Positions 8,653-11,904 of a stretch of DNA of 11,904 nt are shown here, in pieces. The notes under the pieces were generated by a model. The model worked only from the letters and a program-made list of their open reading frames with translations. It had not been told where the DNA came from and did not search any database. Numbering within the stretch: position 1 is the stretch's first letter; every line of letters begins with the position of its first letter. The DNA comes from Calditrichia bacterium (lineage in GTDB: Bacteria; Calditrichota; Calditrichia; RBG-13-44-9), in assembly GCA_037381445.1 (NCBI GenBank), contig JARRQT010000240.1:1-11904 (forward strand). The letters run 5' to 3'. Made by a program: the position numbers and the translations under genes.

Positions 8653-11562
8653 ATGAAATTGATTGAAATACTGGAAAAATATTCTGATTCTGCAATTGAT
8701 CAATTAGCATCAGATAAGGTTGATGAATCAGCTAATTTGAGATTACCTAGGACAATTATTGTGCAGGAAATCCAGGCAGCACTAAGCTCATTGTCTTACG
8801 TTGCCAGGGCATTGGCTCCTTCTCGCCCGCCTACTTATGAATTTATTAAACTTCTTTTGGATGCTCCAAACCATATGCTTCCGGTTGAAGGGTTTCAGGA
8901 ATTGGTTTTATCAACAACCAAAGAGATGACGCAAAGAGCTGATACCGGAAGTGGACTCTCAAATGGCAAGAACTACCAATTATACATAAATGTTCTAAAA
9001 AATGCTTGGGAGAGTGATAACGAAATTGATCGTAGTGAAGCACAGCTATTGGAGGCTTTGAGAAGCGAATTGGGTATTTGGACAAGAGAACATCTGCTTC
9101 TTGAACACCACCCTCAGGTAAGAAAGTTATGGGACAGCCCGGACGCATACATTTCCGCCCGAAACTATTTATTGCTGACCGGCCTCATCCTGACTTTTGA
9201 AAACAATTATGCTATAGCTGATGAAGTTGCAGTACAGATACGCCGATCTTGGGGCATGGATTTGGAAAGATCTTCATATGCACGGCTCCTAAACCTGCTC
9301 AAAAATGATCAATTACATACAGTCTTAGATCAAACATATCTGCAATTAAGTGGAACCAAAGAAGAAAGAATACAGAGAATTATTGATGCTCTAATACCAC
9401 CGGTTGAAGTTCTCAATTATTTTCAAGCTGAGGAACTTCGCGACTTTTGCAGAAACATCGGGATACAGGTTTCGGGCAAAAAGTCTGAATTGATCTCTAA
9501 TATCATAGACCATTTTGATAGGGGAGATGACCTGAATATCGAAGCCAAAGAAGAAAAAACTTCACCTTTGCCTGAAGTGGCAGAGCAGAGAATTCTAAGT
9601 CAAGATATCTTCGAAAAGTTACTGCAAAACCTGACCAATGATCAATTATATGATATTTTGTCGCAAAGTTATTTAAAAACAAGCGGAATAAAAGAAGAAA
9701 AAATCAAGCGCTTGATCGAAAGCCCTTGGTCAGACAACTCGATAATCAATCGTCTCAGGAAAAACGACTTATCGGATTTATGCAGAAAATTAGGAATACA
9801 GGTATCCGGCATAAAAAGCGAGTTGGTTGATAGGCTGATAGAAGGTGCCCGGATACGGTATAGTGCATCAACAACGGCTGCAGTTATTCAGGACCAAGAA
9901 TCCAATTCTGATTCTAAAGGTGCAACCTCTTTTGAGGATGTATTGGCTAGTGATGAATTTCTTGAAACAAAAAAAGCTTCTTTGCCAAAAGCACTTAAAG
10001 AGATAAAGAGAGATTATCCCGATTTAGAAGAAGATGAACAATTAATCTTGTCCCTTATTAAAGAGACACGCTCATTAACTGAGCACGATATTGAACGTGT
10101 TAGTCGTACTCATGGTTTGGGCTGGTTTCTGACCAAAGCACATATGTCTGAATTGGCTGCAAAGTTGCGAAATACACAAAAAAATCCTCTTCAAGTCAGA
10201 AGCGTCAGAAGTGTTAATATTTATGAATGGGCAGGAGAAAGAATAGAAAATAGAAACTTTCTCGAGAAGCAGGCTGCTCGCGATGTAATCGATGCGCTAA
10301 GACAAGGTGTTGTCCCTGATAAAAATATTGATATGATAATTATTGGCAATAACAAAGCTCGTACGCATTTGAAGGACCTTTTAAATGAGGCAAAGAATAA
10401 TAAATCACCTTTCAAATTTATACGAGGGCCATATGGGTCTGGTAAAACATTCTTAAGTTCATGGCTGAGGGAATATGCGCTTAAGGAGGAGTATGTTGTG
10501 TCAACCGTTAATATTGGTCCGGATCAGCCTTTGTCGGATCTGCCAATTTTCTATAGTGGTGTCATAAATGGCCTTCGGATTCCTGAAAAGACCGATTCCT
10601 GCGCCCTGACAGACGTTTTGGAATCATGGCTCTTAACTATTCATAAAAAAACGGCGCAGATTGAAGGTCTATCTTCATTAGAATCCAAATCTCAAAAGAA
10701 GCTTCAGGAAATAGTTGAGAAAAGAGTAGAATCGGAGTTAGCATATTTAGGTAACTTGGATACAGGATTTGCACCGGCATTAAGAGCATTTTACCGTGCA
10801 AAAAGTAATAATAACCCGGTATTGGCATCGACAGCTATTGCATGGCTCAGTGGAAGCCGTTCAATGTCGAGCAAAATGTTGAACGAAATCGGAGTTAGAG
10901 GATACTTAGAACCAAATGAAGTATTTCCAAGAATCAGGGCTCTAATGAGATTAATAAAGGGCTCACGCTATAATGGTTTATTGCTCCTTGTAGATGAACT
11001 TGAACTTATAAGAAAATTCCCGCATGCGAGACAACGGGAACAGGCTCTTGAGATATTGCGTCTTCTAATTGATGAATCAGGCAAGAATGGATTTCCCGGC
11101 TGCCTTCTCATTTTTACAGGGACGGACATGTTTTTTGAGGATGATAGAGCCGGACTAAAAAGTTATGAAGCGCTGGCCGACCGAATTTCAATTCCAAATA
11201 GCCCTGATGGATTGATTAGCATAAGGCAACCCGTTATTTCGCAACCCGTTATTTCCTTGCAGGGTTTTAATTCATCCAAGCTTCTTGCAGTCATTGGGAG
11301 AGTGCGGGATATTCATGGAATTGCCTACAATTGGGATGCTGTCTCAAGGTTTCCTGATGAAGCTCTTCAAAAGCTGGTTCAGGATTGGACAGCATTTGGT
11401 GAGAAATCAGTCAGCAGAAAACCGAGGCCAATTATCAGAGAGTTTATTCATATTTTAGATTTATGTGAAGAAAATCCGACTATTTCTCATGAGGAACTCA
11501 TTCATATAGATTCGACAGAAAAAGATACTGTCTCTCAAATAACAGAGATTCTTAACCAGTAA
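8653..11562 (+). CDS. BrxD/DUF2791-type P-loop ATPase with a long N-terminal extension (TerB-like motif, four SAP-like motifs, possible wHTH); putative anti-phage defence protein
   Basis: The C-terminal ~430 aa start at ARDVIDALRQGVVP and contain Walker A FIRGPYGSGKT (GPYGSGKT at 10426-10449), Walker B LLLLVDELE, IFTGT and YEALADRI, all typical of DUF2791/BrxD. N-terminal repeats match the SAP pattern L-x(3)-L/C-x(3)-G/Y-L/I-x-x-S-G-x-K-x-E-L-I-x-R-L. Confidence 0.85.
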   Translation: MKLIEILEKYSDSAIDQLASDKVDESANLRLPRTIIVQEIQAALSSLSYVARALAPSRPPTYEFIKLLLDAPNHMLPVEGFQELVLSTTKEMTQRADTGSGLSNGKNYQLYINVLKNAWESDNEIDRSEAQLLEALRSELGIWTREHLLLEHHPQVRKLWDSPDAYISARNYLLLTGLILTFENNYAIADEVAVQIRRSWGMDLERSSYARLLNLLKNDQLHTVLDQTYLQLSGTKEERIQRIIDALIPPVEVLNYFQAEELRDFCRNIGIQVSGKKSELISNIIDHFDRGDDLNIEAKEEKTSPLPEVAEQRILSQDIFEKLLQNLTNDQLYDILSQSYLKTSGIKEEKIKRLIESPWSDNSIINRLRKNDLSDLCRKLGIQVSGIKSELVDRLIEGARIRYSASTTAAVIQDQESNSDSKGATSFEDVLASDEFLETKKASLPKALKEIKRDYPDLEEDEQLILSLIKETRSLTEHDIERVSRTHGLGWFLTKAHMSELAAKLRNTQKNPLQVRSVRSVNIYEWAGERIENRNFLEKQAARDVIDALRQGVVPDKNIDMIIIGNNKARTHLKDLLNEAKNNKSPFKFIRGPYGSGKTFLSSWLREYALKEEYVVSTVNIGPDQPLSDLPIFYSGVINGLRIPEKTDSCALTDVLESWLLTIHKKTAQIEGLSSLESKSQKKLQEIVEKRVESELAYLGNLDTGFAPALRAFYRAKSNNNPVLASTAIAWLSGSRSMSSKMLNEIGVRGYLEPNEVFPRIRALMRLIKGSRYNGLLLLVDELELIRKFPHARQREQALEILRLLIDESGKNGFPGCLLIFTGTDMFFEDDRAGLKSYEALADRISIPNSPDGLISIRQPVISQPVISLQGFNSSKLLAVIGRVRDIHGIAYNWDAVSRFPDEALQKLVQDWTAFGEKSVSRKPRPIIREFIHILDLCEENPTISHEELIHIDSTEKDTVSQITEILNQ
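9286..9843 (+). repeat. Four SAP-like protein motifs arranged as a duplicated A-B pair within the ATPase gene
   Basis: A1 LLNLLKNDQLHTVLDQTYLQLSGTKEERIQRIID; B1 VLNYFQAEELRDFCRNIGIQVSGKKSELISNIID; A2 LLQNLTNDQLYDILSQSYLKTSGIKEEKIKRLIE; B2 IINRLRKNDLSDLCRKLGIQVSGIKSELVDRLIE. Confidence 0.75.
11226..11255 (+). repeat. Perfect 15-bp tandem duplication, in frame (QPVIS x2)
   Basis: GCAACCCGTTATTTC at 11226-11240 and 11241-11255. Confidence 0.95.
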
Positions 11563-11573
11563 TGGGTCAGTGA

Positions 11574-11904
11574 TTGAAAAATCAAACTATAATTGAGCTA
11601 CTTAATCCGGGACTCCAAAAGCTTATTCAGGAAAAAGGTTGGCATTCGGGTCTAAAGCCTATTCAAATTGCAGCAATACCCTCCATTCTGGATGGTTACG
11701 ACTGCATCATAGAAGCGCCAACTGCCGGCGGGAAAACTGAAGCGGTTCTATTACCGGCCTTAACACGAGCTGCTCAAGAAAAGCATAATTGCGTTCAGGT
11801 TTTATATTTGGCTCCTCTCCGGGCATTGCTTAACGACATCGAATTAAGAGCAACAGAATATTCAGCCGTTTGCGGTCTCAATTGTTTCAAATGGCATGGT
11901 GATG
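11574..11904 (+). CDS. Lhr-like DEAD/DEAH-box SF2 helicase (BrxHI/SngC-like), N-terminal part, truncated by the window end
   Basis: Hand translation from TTG 11574: MKNQTIIELLNPGLQKLIQEKGWHSGLKPIQIAAIPSILDGYDCIIEAPTAGGKTEAVLLPALTRAAQEKHNCVQVLYLAPLRALLNDIELRATEYSAVCGLNCFKWHGD. It shows the Q motif, motif I APTAGGKTEA, motif Ia LYLAPLRALLND and WHGD; open to the end of the window. Confidence 0.9.
   Translation, partial: MKNQTIIELLNPGLQKLIQEKGWHSGLKPIQIAAIPSILDGYDCIIEAPTAGGKTEAVLLPALTRAAQEKHNCVQVLYLAPLRALLNDIELRATEYSAVCGLNCFKWHGD

Noticed and set aside
8653..11904. Calling the locus a complete BREX or canonical Shango system with gene symbols
   Set aside because: No pglX/pglZ/brxC and no separate SngA gene visible; the window ends inside the helicase.

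Overview
Bacterial window in two compositionally distinct halves, with all credible genes on the + strand. Left (1 to ~8050, GC-rich codons): the tail of a respiratory cluster (3' end of a Rieske [2Fe-2S] protein, a cytochrome b/subunit IV/cytochrome c fusion, a frameshifted heme A synthase-like CtaA/COX15 gene, a DUF420 membrane protein, and a short ORF resembling only the membrane part of oxidase subunit II). Then come an intact stand-alone purL and a maleylpyruvate-isomerase (MDMPI)-family gene broken by an apparent internal deletion. Two non-coding repeats lie here: a ~258 bp MITE-like element with terminal inverted repeats enclosing nested palindromes (2960-3217), and an 8-bp tandem array (6822-6914). 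Right (~8100 to end, AT-rich, probably horizontally acquired): a 969-aa protein with a C-terminal BrxD/DUF2791-type P-loop ATPase, preceded by a TerB-like motif, four SAP-like motifs and a possible winged helix, followed by the start of an Lhr-like DEAD/DEAH helicase. This pair resembles the Shango (SngB-SngC) and BREX (BrxD-BrxHI) anti-phage modules, but the SAP-repeat fusion is unusual and is the best candidate here for an undescribed system. All family assignments are from motif recognition by eye; no database search was run.
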